This document shows, piece after piece, positions 1 to 9,679 of a stretch of DNA of 18,429 nt (position 1 is the stretch's first letter; every line of letters starts with the position of its first letter). Source of the DNA: Candidatus Latescibacterota bacterium (GTDB lineage: Bacteria; Latescibacterota; UBA2968; UBA8231); assembly GCA_965205655.1 (NCBI GenBank), contig CBDBIJ010000101.1, positions 1 through 18,429 of the forward strand, in the 5' to 3' direction. Under the pieces are notes generated by a model that saw only the letters and a program-made list of their open reading frames with translations, was not told the origin of the DNA and searched no databases. A program made the translations under genes and the position numbers.

Positions 1-244
1 CGCCTTCCGCCGTCAACAATCGGTGAGCTGCAGCGCTGTGCAGGTAGACTGCCGGTTGGGTCACAGCTGTCTGGTTCAGGCGCTCCACCGGCCCTTCGAA
101 ACAGATCTCGCTCAGCGCGTAGCCGGCTATCTCGTCCGCTTCCTCGAACAGCGCCCTCGCCGCCGGATGCTGTTCGCACAGATCGCGCCCCATGCCGACG
201 GCCTGCGATGCCTGCCCCGGAAACAGGAAAGCGCATGAACCCAC
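1..244 (-). CDS. fabD: Malonyl-CoA:ACP transacylase, 5' part (runs off the left edge)
   Basis: Manual translation from GTG at 244, which has AGAGG 6 nt upstream, gives MGSCAFLFPGQASQAVGMGRDL...FEEADEIAGYALSEICFEGP...LNQTAVTQPAVY, the FabD N-terminal signature. It lies directly downstream of fabH and is not in the ORF track. Confidence 0.95.
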   Translation of the reverse strand, partial: MGSCAFLFPGQASQAVGMGRDLCEQHPAARALFEEADEIAGYALSEICFEGPVERLNQTAVTQPAVYLHSAAAHRLLTAEG

Positions 245-253
245 TGCGAACCT

Positions 254-1237
254 CTAGTACGCCCAGCGCAACAAGGCGCTGCCCCAGGTCAAACCGCCGC
301 CGACTGCTGCGAGCTGGACGAGATCGGCGAGATCCAGTCTGCCTTGCTCCTGTGCGTCGCACAGCGCAATCGGAATGGTGGCAGCCGTCGTGTTGGCGTA
401 TTTGTCGATATTGACGACCACCTTATCCATCGGTAGCCCCATGCGGTCCGCCGTCGCCGTGATAATGCGCAGATTGGCCTGATGGGGAACGTAGAGATTC
501 ACGTCATCCACGCTCAGACCGTTCTTCTCCAGCAGGCTCAGCGACACCTCCGCCATCTTCTGCACCGCGAATTTGAACACCATGCGCCCGTCCTGCCTCA
601 TGTGGTGGAGCCCATCGTCCACTGTCTCGTGTGTGGGTGGATGAGCGCTGCCCCCCCCTTTGATGTAGAGGTCGTCTGCGCCCGATCCATCGGCGTGCAG
701 CTCGAAATCGAAGAGCCCTGTATCGCTGTTTTCGGAGGGTTCCAGCAGCACGCCGCCGGCGCCATCGCCGAAAAGGATACAGGTGGAGCGATCGAGGGGG
801 TCGACGATGGAGCTCATCTTGTCCGCGCCGATCACCATGACCTTGCTGTGGGCACCGGTCTCTATGAACTGAGCCGCGCAGACGATCGCATACACGAACC
901 CCGTACACGCCGCCGACAGGTCGTAGGCCCACGCCCCGGTGGCGCCGATATCGTTCTGTACCACGCAGGCGGTGGAGGGAAAGAACATGTCCGGCGTGAT
1001 CGTGGCCACGATGATGAGGTCTATCTCCTCGGCGCCGATCTGCCGGCGCTCGAGCAGCCTCTTTGCGACCTCGGTGGCCATTGCTGAGGTGGGTTGTCCG
1101 TCCAGGATACGCCGCTCGGAGATGCCGGTCCGATCTCGGATCCACTCATCGGAGGTGTCGACGATCTTCTCGAGGTCGGAGTTGCTCAGAATCCTTTCGG
1201 GCAGATACTTCTCCACTGCCGTGATAATCGCGCGCAC
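254..1237 (-). CDS. fabH: Beta-ketoacyl-ACP synthase III
   Basis: Motifs DTSDEWIRDRTGISERR, AACTGF (Cys), LFGDGAG, VPHQAN (His), YANTTAA (Asn) and GGGLTWG. Start moved to GTG at 1237 (MRAIITAV...) because the longer ORF-track version overlaps rpmF and yceD. Confidence 0.96.
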   Translation of the reverse strand: MRAIITAVEKYLPERILSNSDLEKIVDTSDEWIRDRTGISERRILDGQPTSAMATEVAKRLLERRQIGAEEIDLIIVATITPDMFFPSTACVVQNDIGATGAWAYDLSAACTGFVYAIVCAAQFIETGAHSKVMVIGADKMSSIVDPLDRSTCILFGDGAGGVLLEPSENSDTGLFDFELHADGSGADDLYIKGGGSAHPPTHETVDDGLHHMRQDGRMVFKFAVQKMAEVSLSLLEKNGLSVDDVNLYVPHQANLRIITATADRMGLPMDKVVVNIDKYANTTAATIPIALCDAQEQGRLDLADLVQLAAVGGGLTWGSALLRWAY

Positions 1238-1253
1238 GTTCGACTGAGGCGAG

Positions 1254-1436
1254 TTACACTTCTGGTTCGAAATACTGACGGCCCCGGTAGTGGCCGCAGC
1301 TCTTGCAGATACGGTGAGGACGGGAGGGTTGCCCGCAATTCGCGCAGGCGGAGATGGTCGGCGCCCGCATCTTCCAGTGCGTTCGTCTTTTGTCCCGGCG
1401 GGTCCGCGAAATTCGCCTTTTCGGTACGGCAGCCAC
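1254..1436 (-). CDS. rpmF: 50S ribosomal protein L32, zinc-ribbon (four-Cys) form
   Basis: AVPKRRISRTRRDKRRTH...CANC...PHRICKSCGHYRG; GTG start with AGAGGAG RBS; usual yceD-rpmF position. Confidence 0.97.
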   Translation of the reverse strand: MAAVPKRRISRTRRDKRRTHWKMRAPTISACANCGQPSRPHRICKSCGHYRGRQYFEPEV

Positions 1437-1452
1437 AGCGCAACTCCTCTCG

Positions 1453-2031
1453 TTATTTCCCGGTCGTTGTCAGTGTATCTCTCAGCCTGGCGAGCGCGTC
1501 CCAACGCGGATCGGCGGTCGCCTCGCCGCAGTCGCACTCGCCCTCGTTCAGATTGACCCCACACTGTGGGCACAGCCCCTTGCAGTCGTCGCGGCAGTGC
1601 ACCCGCATCGGCAGCTCGAGCGCCAAGGAGTCCCGCAGGCGATCGACGAGGTTTATCTCCCTCGTGCCGGGGTCGACTATTCGAATCAGGTCATCCTCTG
1701 CCACCGCCTCGAGTTCGTCCTCACTGGCCTGCCTGCGCTGAACGAGCAACTTTACGTCCGCCCTCAGCGGCTCTTCTACCGGTGTCAGGCAGCGGCAGCA
1801 CTCGCCCCGAATTGCCCCCTCGACGCGGCCGCCGACGCTGAAGGTCTGCAGCGCTCGAGTCACCGTCAACGTAGCTCGGAAGGCGGTCGGAAAAGAGTAA
1901 AACCCGTCTTCGAACTCGAGTTGGTCGGCCGTGATCTGGAAATCGATGGCCGCGACGCCTTCGTCGATGGCCTCCAGGCTCAGAGTGGCCGGCTGTTCCT
2001 CGCTGACGATCTCCTGCCTCCGCCTCGACAT
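1453..2031 (-). CDS. yceD: YceD/DUF177 family protein (large-subunit rRNA accumulation factor)
   Basis: CCRCL and LELPMRVHCRDDCKGLCPQCGVNLNEGECDC...DPRWDALARL motifs; immediately upstream of rpmF. Confidence 0.92.
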   Translation of the reverse strand: MSRRRQEIVSEEQPATLSLEAIDEGVAAIDFQITADQLEFEDGFYSFPTAFRATLTVTRALQTFSVGGRVEGAIRGECCRCLTPVEEPLRADVKLLVQRRQASEDELEAVAEDDLIRIVDPGTREINLVDRLRDSLALELPMRVHCRDDCKGLCPQCGVNLNEGECDCGEATADPRWDALARLRDTLTTTGK

Positions 2032-2034
2032 CAG

Positions 2035-2439
2035 TCATGACCCGCCGAAGAAAAACTCGATTTCACTGGCCGCGCTTTTGGCAGAGTCGGAGGCGTGCAC
2101 GGCGTTGCATTGCACATCCGTTCCGAACGTCTTGCGGATTGTCCCCTCGGCCGCCTTCGTGCTGTCCGTCTCGCCGATGAAACCTCGCAGATGCTCGACG
2201 GCGTTGTCGCGCTCGAGCACCATTGGCACGGCAGGACCTGAACACATGAACTGTACGAGCTCTGCGAAAAAGGGACGCTCCCTGTGAACGGCGTAGAACG
2301 ACTCCGCCTTTTCCTGCGTCAGTCGAACCAGACGAAGCTCACGGACGACAAACCCTTCGGATTCGAGACGTTCCATAATAGCCCCGATGACGCGCTTGGC
2401 GACGGCGTCGGACTTGACGATGAGGAGCGTTCGTTCCAT
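2035..2439 (-). CDS. ndk: Nucleoside diphosphate kinase
   Basis: MERTLLIVKSDAV, FYAVHRERPFF, SGP, GTIR and NAVHASDS (catalytic His); 134 aa. Confidence 0.97.
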   Translation of the reverse strand: MERTLLIVKSDAVAKRVIGAIMERLESEGFVVRELRLVRLTQEKAESFYAVHRERPFFAELVQFMCSGPAVPMVLERDNAVEHLRGFIGETDSTKAAEGTIRKTFGTDVQCNAVHASDSAKSAASEIEFFFGGS

Positions 2440-2510
2440 CGGACGTCCACTGCGGAGTCGACAAAAATCAGGCCAGTATCGGGCTCGTACTGGACTGGCG
2501 TAAGTGCGTT

Positions 2511-2539
2511 AGAATAAGAGCTATTAGCATAATCGTCAA
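2511..2539 (-). promoter_or_regulatory. Putative sigma70 promoter for the ndk-yceD-rpmF-fab operon
   Basis: Minus strand TTGACG (2539-2534), 17-nt spacer, TATTCT (2516-2511), in an AT-rich patch about 70 nt upstream of the ndk ATG. Confidence 0.7.
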
Positions 2540-2556
2540 CGGCTGCCGGCCAAACC

Positions 2557-2585
2557 TTGACAGGGTCGCACCCCGCCGGTAGATT
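2557..2585 (+). promoter_or_regulatory. Putative sigma70 promoter for the HD-domain gene, probably leaderless
   Basis: TTGACA (2557-2562), 17-nt spacer, TAGATT (2580-2585); the ATG at 2593 follows after 7 nt and has no SD sequence. Confidence 0.7.
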
Positions 2586-2592
2586 GCGCGCC

Positions 2593-3936
2593 ATGAACCA
2601 CCCTCTTCTCGAAGAGGAAGGCAAGGCGATTCGCGACCCGGTGTGGGGGTATATCTACCTGCCCGAACCACTGCTTGCCCTCATTGACACCGAGGACTTC
2701 CAGCGACTTCGCAACATCACTCAGCTCGGTTTCGTCCACCTCGTCTATCCGGGCGCCCGGCACACCCGATTCGAGCATTCTCTCGGCGTCTACCATCTCG
2801 CCAAGCAGTTTCTCGTTCGCTTGCTCCGCTCGGACCCGCCGCTCGAGCTGGAAGACGAAGACATTCGCGTCTTTCTCGCCGCCACCCTGCTTCACGACAT
2901 CGGCCACTATCCCTTCTCCCACACCCTCGAGGAGCTGCTGCCGTTCTTCGAGGAGCACGAGGAGCGTGCCCGCCGCATCATCGAAGACCCTTCAAGCGCC
3001 GTCAATGGCGTCCTTCGGTGCGACTTGAATGTCGATCCCACGCGGGTGGCCAACGTCATCGACTATAAATCGAAGGACCGGCAGATCCCACAGCGGGATC
3101 TCCTGCTCGCCAACATTCTCAGCGGGACCCTCGACCCCGACAAGATCGACTACCTGCTGCGCGACTCCATGTTCTGCGGCATCCCCTTTGGCGAGAGTGT
3201 CAATCGAGACCGCCTCATCGCCTCGATCATATACGATCGGCGTCGCCGGCGGCTGGCCGTCAACAGCAAGGGCGTGTCCGCGGTTGAGGCCCTCGTGTTC
3301 ACCAACTATCTCATGTACCGCAATGTCTACTGGCATCACTCAGTGCGCTCCGCCACTGCCATGTTCAAACGCGCCGTTCAGGACATCCTTGTCAATTCGG
3401 ACTGCTCTCTGGACGTCACCGATTTCCACCGACTCACCGAAGGCGAGCTCATCCTGGCGCTGCGGCAGGAGCAGCGACGACTCGGCCTGGAGGGGTCGTC
3501 GCGGCTCCTCGAAGGTGTCGTCAACCGCCGGCTCTACAAGGTGGCGAGCTTTATTTTTCCGGGCGAGCGCAAGCAGGGCTTGATGCAATATCTCTACGAT
3601 CTCTACCAGCATCCAGACAAACGGCGGCTCAGGGAAATCGAGCTCAGCGAACACTTTGGCGGCTGTCTTCAGCGGTCGGTCACGGGCGACGAGATTCTCA
3701 TCGACATCCCCCGCTTCGACAAGAGTCCGGAGGTGGACCTCAAGGTCTTCTACGGTCGAGACGTTCCCAGCGACAAGCCGCAACCTCTCAATTTCGACGA
3801 TCCGGAGGTCTCCCGGCTGCAGGACTCACTACTCCACAACTTCGAAGATCAAGCCAAGATCTTCCGCATCTTCTGTGTGGACGAAGCCGACCTTCTCGGC
3901 CTCGCGGTCGCTCAGGTGAAACGACTGCTGAACTGA
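2593..3936 (+). CDS. HD-domain phosphohydrolase, SAMHD1/YwfO-like putative dNTP triphosphohydrolase
   Basis: IRDPVWGYI, FQRLRNITQLG, VYPGARHTRFEHSLGV, LLHDIGHYPFSH (HD), DPDKIDYLLRD and MYRNVYWH. ATG 2593 preferred over TTG 2557, which is the -35 element. Substrate is inferred from the family. Confidence 0.9.
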   Translation: MNHPLLEEEGKAIRDPVWGYIYLPEPLLALIDTEDFQRLRNITQLGFVHLVYPGARHTRFEHSLGVYHLAKQFLVRLLRSDPPLELEDEDIRVFLAATLLHDIGHYPFSHTLEELLPFFEEHEERARRIIEDPSSAVNGVLRCDLNVDPTRVANVIDYKSKDRQIPQRDLLLANILSGTLDPDKIDYLLRDSMFCGIPFGESVNRDRLIASIIYDRRRRRLAVNSKGVSAVEALVFTNYLMYRNVYWHHSVRSATAMFKRAVQDILVNSDCSLDVTDFHRLTEGELILALRQEQRRLGLEGSSRLLEGVVNRRLYKVASFIFPGERKQGLMQYLYDLYQHPDKRRLREIELSEHFGGCLQRSVTGDEILIDIPRFDKSPEVDLKVFYGRDVPSDKPQPLNFDDPEVSRLQDSLLHNFEDQAKIFRIFCVDEADLLGLAVAQVKRLLN

Positions 3937-3967
3937 AGCGTTCTAGTGTCCTGACACTGACTACCCT

Positions 3968-5197
3968 ATGATATCTCTGCTCGCATTCGCGCTTTCGGTA
4001 GTTTTGTGCGCCTCGGAGACATTCGCAGCGAGCCGCATCGCCCTCGCTGTCGCGCCGGTCGAAGCGGGGCGGTCCGTGTCGTCTTCGCTGACGTCGATTG
4101 TCCAGTCCACGCTCGAGAAGGAGCTGCGGCAATCAGCCAGGATCGACCTCGTCGATCGCGGCCATGTTGATCGGGTGCTCGAAGAGCTCGCCTTTCAGCA
4201 TTCAGGCGTCACCGATTCGGACTCGGCTGTGCAGATCGGCAAGCATCTCAATGTCGAGATGCTCCTCTTCGGAGAGCTGTCCAGAATCAAAGGGCAGCGC
4301 ACGCCTATGTCCGCGGCGAAGTCTGCGGAAATCGAGTGGCAGGATACGGCGCGAACGGCGGTGACGCCAAGGAACGAACGCTACTCCCTGTCCCTGAAGG
4401 TGGTAGACGTCAGCTCGAATCAAGTTCTGTGGGTGGACGACCAACTGCTGGCAGGCGACCCCCCCGGACTGAGCGAGGGAACGAGGAGCATTGCCCGCCG
4501 CCTCGCCCACGTCGCCTTCTCCCTCTCACCAGTCGAAATGATTCTGTTTCCCGCCGGCGAGTTCGCCATGGGCTCGGAGCGGGCCAAGTCGACGAACAAC
4601 CCCCTCACAAGGTCTACGTCGACGCCTTCTCACTCGATCGCACCGAAGTCAGCCGCGCGGCCTACACCGCCTTCGCCGTGACGAGGGGCGGTGAGTCTGG
4701 ATTCGACATGCCTGGAGACCATCCGATCGCTACGGTGAGCTGGTTCCAGGCCGACGAGTATTGTCGCTCTTCGGGAAAGCGCTTGCCCACCGAGGCGGAG
4801 TGGGAGTACGCCGCCCGCGGCGGCGAGGGGCGCACCTTCCCGTGGGGTGATGACGAGCCCGACGCGCGACGGGCACATTTCGGCGGACGGACGACGCGAA
4901 CGGTGCCGGTAGACGCGCTGGCCGCGGGCGCCAGCAGTCGCGGTCTGTTGCACATGGCCGGAAATGGTCGCGGAATGGGTGTGGGACTGGTGGGACCCGG
5001 CCTACTACAAGGGCAGTCCGAGAGAGAATCCCGGTGGCCCCGCGGCCGGTGAGTACAAGGTCGTCAGGGGCGGCTCGTGGAGCCATTCTTCGTTCGAGAT
5101 CCGGGCGGCGGCGCGCGCCTTTCACAACCCGCACAGAGGAACGAGCTACGTAGGCTTCCGTTGCGCTCGCAGCGCCGACGCCTCGCCCGGTCCATGA
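3968..5197 (+). CDS. Secreted protein: signal peptide, CsgG/TolB-N-like domain and FGE/SUMF1-type domain; two apparent frameshifts (~4582, ~4966)
   Basis: Three frames join: N-terminal [23 protein letters not shown]...[15 protein letters not shown]...LKVVDV and [14 protein letters not shown]; then [20 protein letters not shown]...VSWFQA...[16 protein letters not shown]...HMAGN; then VAEWVWDW...RGGSW...VGFRCAR. Adding one G at 4581-4583 and removing one G at 4966-4967 restores one ORF. Confidence 0.85.
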
Positions 5198-6405
5198 CCT
5201 TTCCCCGAGGTCGTGCTCCGCCGGGGCAAGGATCGACTCGTCAGCGGCGGACACCCGTGGGTCTACAGCGGCGCGATCGAGCGGCGCAGCACCGATGCCG
5301 GTCCTGGCGATATCGTCGATGTGGTGAGTGTCAAGGGCCGCTTTATCGGTCGCGGCTACTTCAATCCTCTCTCTTCCACCATCACCGTGCGCATCCTGAC
5401 TCGGGACCGCACCTGTCCGATCGACCGGCAATTCTTCACCGCCGCTATCCGGCGCGCCCGGCAGCTGCGACGCCACCCCTCACTCTCCAATACCGAAGCC
5501 TACCGCCTCGTACACGGTGAGAGCGACGGTCTTCCCGGCCTCGTCGTCGACGACTACGCCGGCTTTCTCGTCGTGCAGTTCCACACGGTCGGCATGGATC
5601 GCTGCCGCTCTCTCGTCGTCGATGCCCTCAACGAGACCGTCGAGCCGCGCGGCATCTACGAACGCAGCGATGTCGGCATGCGTCGCGCCGATGGCTTAGA
5701 GGACAGACCGACCGGACAACCTCTCCGGCGCGGACCCTCCCGACCCGATCGAATTTCGCGAGAACGGGGTTCGCCTTCGGGTCGATATCCGGCGGGGCCA
5801 GAAGACCGGCTTCTTCCTCGATCAGCGCGACAACCGGCTCTCAGTGCAGCAGCTGGCCCGGCAGATGACCGTGCTCGATTGCTTCGCCTATACCGGGGGG
5901 TTTGCGGCGCATGCCCTCGTAGGGGGCGCCCGCCGCGTCGTTGCCGTCGACGTCGTTCCCCAGGTCGCCCGCTTCGGATTGCCTTCCAACCTTCGCGCCA
6001 ATGCGAGCCCGTCGTCGGACTGCGACTACGTCGTAGCCGACGCATTCGCCTTTCTCCACGAGGCGGCGAACCGCGGGCCCCGGTTCGACATGGTGATTCT
6101 GGACCCGCCGTCGCTGCTGCGGAAGAGCCGTGATATCGGGCGCGCGACCGGGGTTTACATCAAGCTGAACCGCAATGCCCTCAAGCTCGTACGGGACGGC
6201 GGCATCTTCGTCACCGCCTCCTGTTCAACCCGGGTGTCTGCCGAAGACTTTCTGCAGATCGTCCGCAAAGCTGCGGTGGGCGCCGGCGTTGAACTTCGCG
6301 TGTTCACCTTCAATCTGCAGCCACCCGACCACCCGGTTGACCCGGCTTTCCCAGAGGGGACGCTACCTCAAATGCGTCTTCGCAGCTGTCCGGCGCCCTA
6401 CTTGA
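5194..6405 (+). CDS. rlmI: RlmI-like 23S rRNA m5C methyltransferase (class I SAM-dependent, PUA domain); three apparent frameshifts (~5206, ~5720, ~6358)
   Basis: ATG overlaps the upstream stop (ATGA). Motifs GHPWVYSGAI, YRLVHGESDGLPGLVVDDY, GQKTGFFLDQRDNR, VLDCFAYTGGFA, FDMVILDPP, TASCS and PPDHPVDPAFPEGRYLK lie in successive frames, each junction explained by one extra C or G in a run. Confidence 0.85.
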
Positions 6406-9400
6406 TGAGTGTGAGCTTGCGGACCCTCTCGAACACAGCGACTCCGTCGCCGACCCCGTCGCCATTCGGTACGAAACTCACCTTCAGCCGGTAGAGGTAC
6501 ATCCCCGCCCCCACCTGACGACCGTCGTCGTCGCGACCGTCCCAGGAGATGAGGTGAAAGCCGGCTGCCATCCCGTCGTCGACGAGGGTGCGAATCTTCT
6601 GACCCAGGACATCAAAGACGTCCAGGTTGACCTCGCCCTGTCGCGGCAGGCCAAGGGGAATTGAGGTCGTCGGGTTGAACGGGTTCGGATAGTTCGCCTC
6701 CAGGCTGAACGATGCCGGTAGCAGCCGCGCCTCGATCTGGCCCAGGTGCTCCGGTTCCACGAGCAGGCCATCAGACCTGCGCACAGCTGCCTGCCGCACT
6801 CTGAAGACGCCGACTGCCTCTTTGACAACGGGCTCGAATCGAAGTCGTGCGAGTGTCCCGTCCACTCCGGCCGCGCCGGCCGTGCGGCTACCGACGATGT
6901 GCACCTCTCCAGGCACGTCCTCGTGCGTCAGCAGCAGCGGCTTGCCTCCACGCGCCCTCATGGCGCTGCCGGCATCGGTGACGGATTCGAGCCGGAAGGC
7001 AGTTGGATCGTACTCGACGACGGCGCCGTAGCCACGCACGCCGATATCCGCGGCCACCAGCGAGAGCTCGAGCGACGCATTAGCCTGGCGGCTCTCGAGC
7101 GTCAGGGACCCCGACCTCGTCGGCCGCTCCACAGCCATGAGCTTGGCGACCCTCTTGCCAAAATCCGCTGCCAATCTGAAGAAGTCGGGAAAGCCGACCT
7201 CGCCGTCACCGTCGACGTCGAACTGGGTGTCGTTGGACCCGAAGGCATCGGCGAAGGCGAACACATCCAGGAAATCGACCACCATGTCGCCGTTGAAATC
7301 GGTGTCACCGGAGGCGGGCGGTGCCAGCGGCCCGTCGCTTATGCGCGCAAAGATGGATGTCTGAGCGCTCTCCTGATCTTTTCCGAACGTCTTCGTCGAG
7401 TGCTCGGTGACGATCAGGTCGACATCTCCCGCAAAATCGCCACTTGCGGTCAGGAACATTTTCCCAACCAGGAAATCGCCGGTGACACCCTGTCCGGTTT
7501 TCGCCCCCCAGGATGCTGGCGCCGATCTCAACCGTGTTCCCCGTGCGCTGCGGCGACAGTCCGACTGCGATGCCGCCATTCGTGGCGAGAAAGTTGCGCA
7601 CCTGGAATCCGACGAAGGAGAGATTCTCCGGCACCAGGAATTTGATCCTGTAGTTGACGATCTCCACGGCGCCGTTGACGTAGACCTCGGCGATGACGTC
7701 ATCCCCCGCGCTCACGTTTCCCAGGTGCGGCAAGCCGCCGTCCCCATCGGCCACATCGAAGTCGAAGGAGATGAACCCCTTTGGCAGATTGAACAGGTTT
7801 ACCGGTGCCGATACGAGGGCCGCTGCCTGTGGCTGCAGGACATCCTGAGAGCCGTCGAGCGCGCTGACGATGACTTCCTCGAGGACAAACTTGGCGCTCG
7901 TGTACCCAGCCAGGGTTTCGAAGCACAGCACAGCTACCAGGCCGTCGCCGCTAAACACAGTGTTGGAGGCCGGGCTCAGAATGGCCCCGCCGAATTCGAC
8001 GACGCCCTGTGTCAGCCGGGCCGGTAGGAACAGGGTCATGGCGTCCTCCGATACGCTCAAGACGTTGACCCCCACACCGACTGCCTCCCGGCCGAACTTG
8101 AAGGCGACCTGCTCGCTGTCGAAGCCCACCTTCACCGATACCCCGGCAGCTTCCACGAGACCGTTGGCGTAGATCGCCAGCTCGACGGCGTCGCCCTCGG
8201 CCACGCCCCGGGAGGACACCGCCTGATTCAAGTCGGCGGGATCGAGATCGATGTTGAAGCCGGCATTCGCGTTCCCGCCCGTCGGTTCCCCGTCAGTCGT
8301 GGCGGAGATGCTGAAGTCGACGGCGGCGGTCTGGCCGCTGCCGACGGTGACGAGGTCTTCGACGCCGTCGCCGTCGGGGTCGTAGGCCAGCAAGAGATCG
8401 GTACCGCTGACGAGGCCGAGCTTAACGTAGGCTCCGTAGTCCCCGGCGACGACATCCTCGACGAGGAAACTGCCGTCCGGCTCCACGACCGTTCCGGCGA
8501 TGATCTGAATGCCCTCGTCCGATGACGACTCGAACAGAAAGAAACCCGCTTTGCTGATCTCGTCGCCTGTAACCGACACCGACCCGCTCACCGATCCGAG
8601 ATCCACCGCATCTCCTCCCTCGGGGATGACGGCGGCGACGAATGGTTCGACCAGTTCGTTGCCTGATACTCCGAGCACATAGGTAACCGCCAGTTTGTAC
8701 TGCTCGTCGGGATTCAGCTCGATGTCACGAAACACCACCTGGTTTCCGTTCACCAGACTGGCATTGTCCATGATCGGGCCGGACTCGGGCGTGGGTCGCA
8801 TCTGGGCGTGCATCTCTATGCGGTCGTGACTCTGCGCCACATCTTCGCTGAAGACGAGCGTCAGATCGAACCCGCCGAGGGGCGCTGACCGCAGCGCCTC
8901 CCTGGTCGGTGACACGTCGTCGACGCGGATGCCGAGCTTGCGCCGATTCTCTGGCTGGAGGATGAAGTCGTTGTCAAGCGCGTCAGGTCCCACAAACGCC
9001 ACTTCACCTGTCGCCTCGTCCAAGAGCACCCCGAAGAAATTAATCTCGACGAATTCGGGAGGCGGTTCGCTGCTGAACGACGCCTCCGCGACGATGGCCA
9101 CCGATTCATCCGTCGCCGCCACCTGAGCGACGCGAACCTCGGGCGGCAACGCCACATTGACAGTGGCCGCGACGACATAGCTTCCCGGCGGCACGTGCTC
9201 GAACGAGTAGAAGCCGTCCGAGGTCAGCGTCGCCGCCACGACGCGTCTATCGAGGTTGGGGTCGAGGGGATCGAAGTCCGCCTCCGGGATGAGCAGCAGC
9301 AGGGCCGGGGTCCGCACCACGTGTGTATCGGGAAGTGGCGGCAGGCCGATGCTGCCGTCTATGAGGCCATCGGCGATCGGACCGGTCGAGAACGGGATGA

Positions 9401-9671
9401 CCTCGAGCTGGTCTAGGTCGAGGAACTGATCCGAGAAGGCGTGTGGCATGACGATCGTGTAGTTCGTGTTCGCCGCCAGCGATGGTGAAGTCATCCACAA
9501 ACGAGAAGTCTTCGGGTGTCAGCGGGCCCGACAGCGGATCCGGGAACATGTGCACGACGACGGCTGGCAGCCCGTTGGGCTCTACGGCGATCTCATCACT
9601 GAAGCTGAACGTGATCGTCGGCTGGGTTGAGACATTCTCGTCGCCATAGTCGGGAGTAGCACTCTCGAGGA

Positions 9672-9679
9672 GGAAGGCG
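9672..9679. repeat. Target-site duplication, left copy (GGAAGGCG)
   Basis: Identical to 11109-11116; the match stops on both sides at exactly 8 bp. Confidence 0.92.

Noticed and set aside
1238..1573. 112-aa N-terminal extension of FabH in the ORF track
   Set aside because: It overlaps rpmF and yceD; FabH homology begins at the GTG at 1237.
4964..5197. FGE-domain C-terminus as the variable region of a diversity-generating retroelement
   Set aside because: I found no reverse transcriptase and no second, adenine-variant template copy in the window; a remote template cannot be excluded.
4575..6365. Programmed ribosomal frameshifting in the FGE-domain and rlmI genes
   Set aside because: Several shifts per gene in both directions, no classic slippery heptamers, and each is explained by one base in a G or C run.
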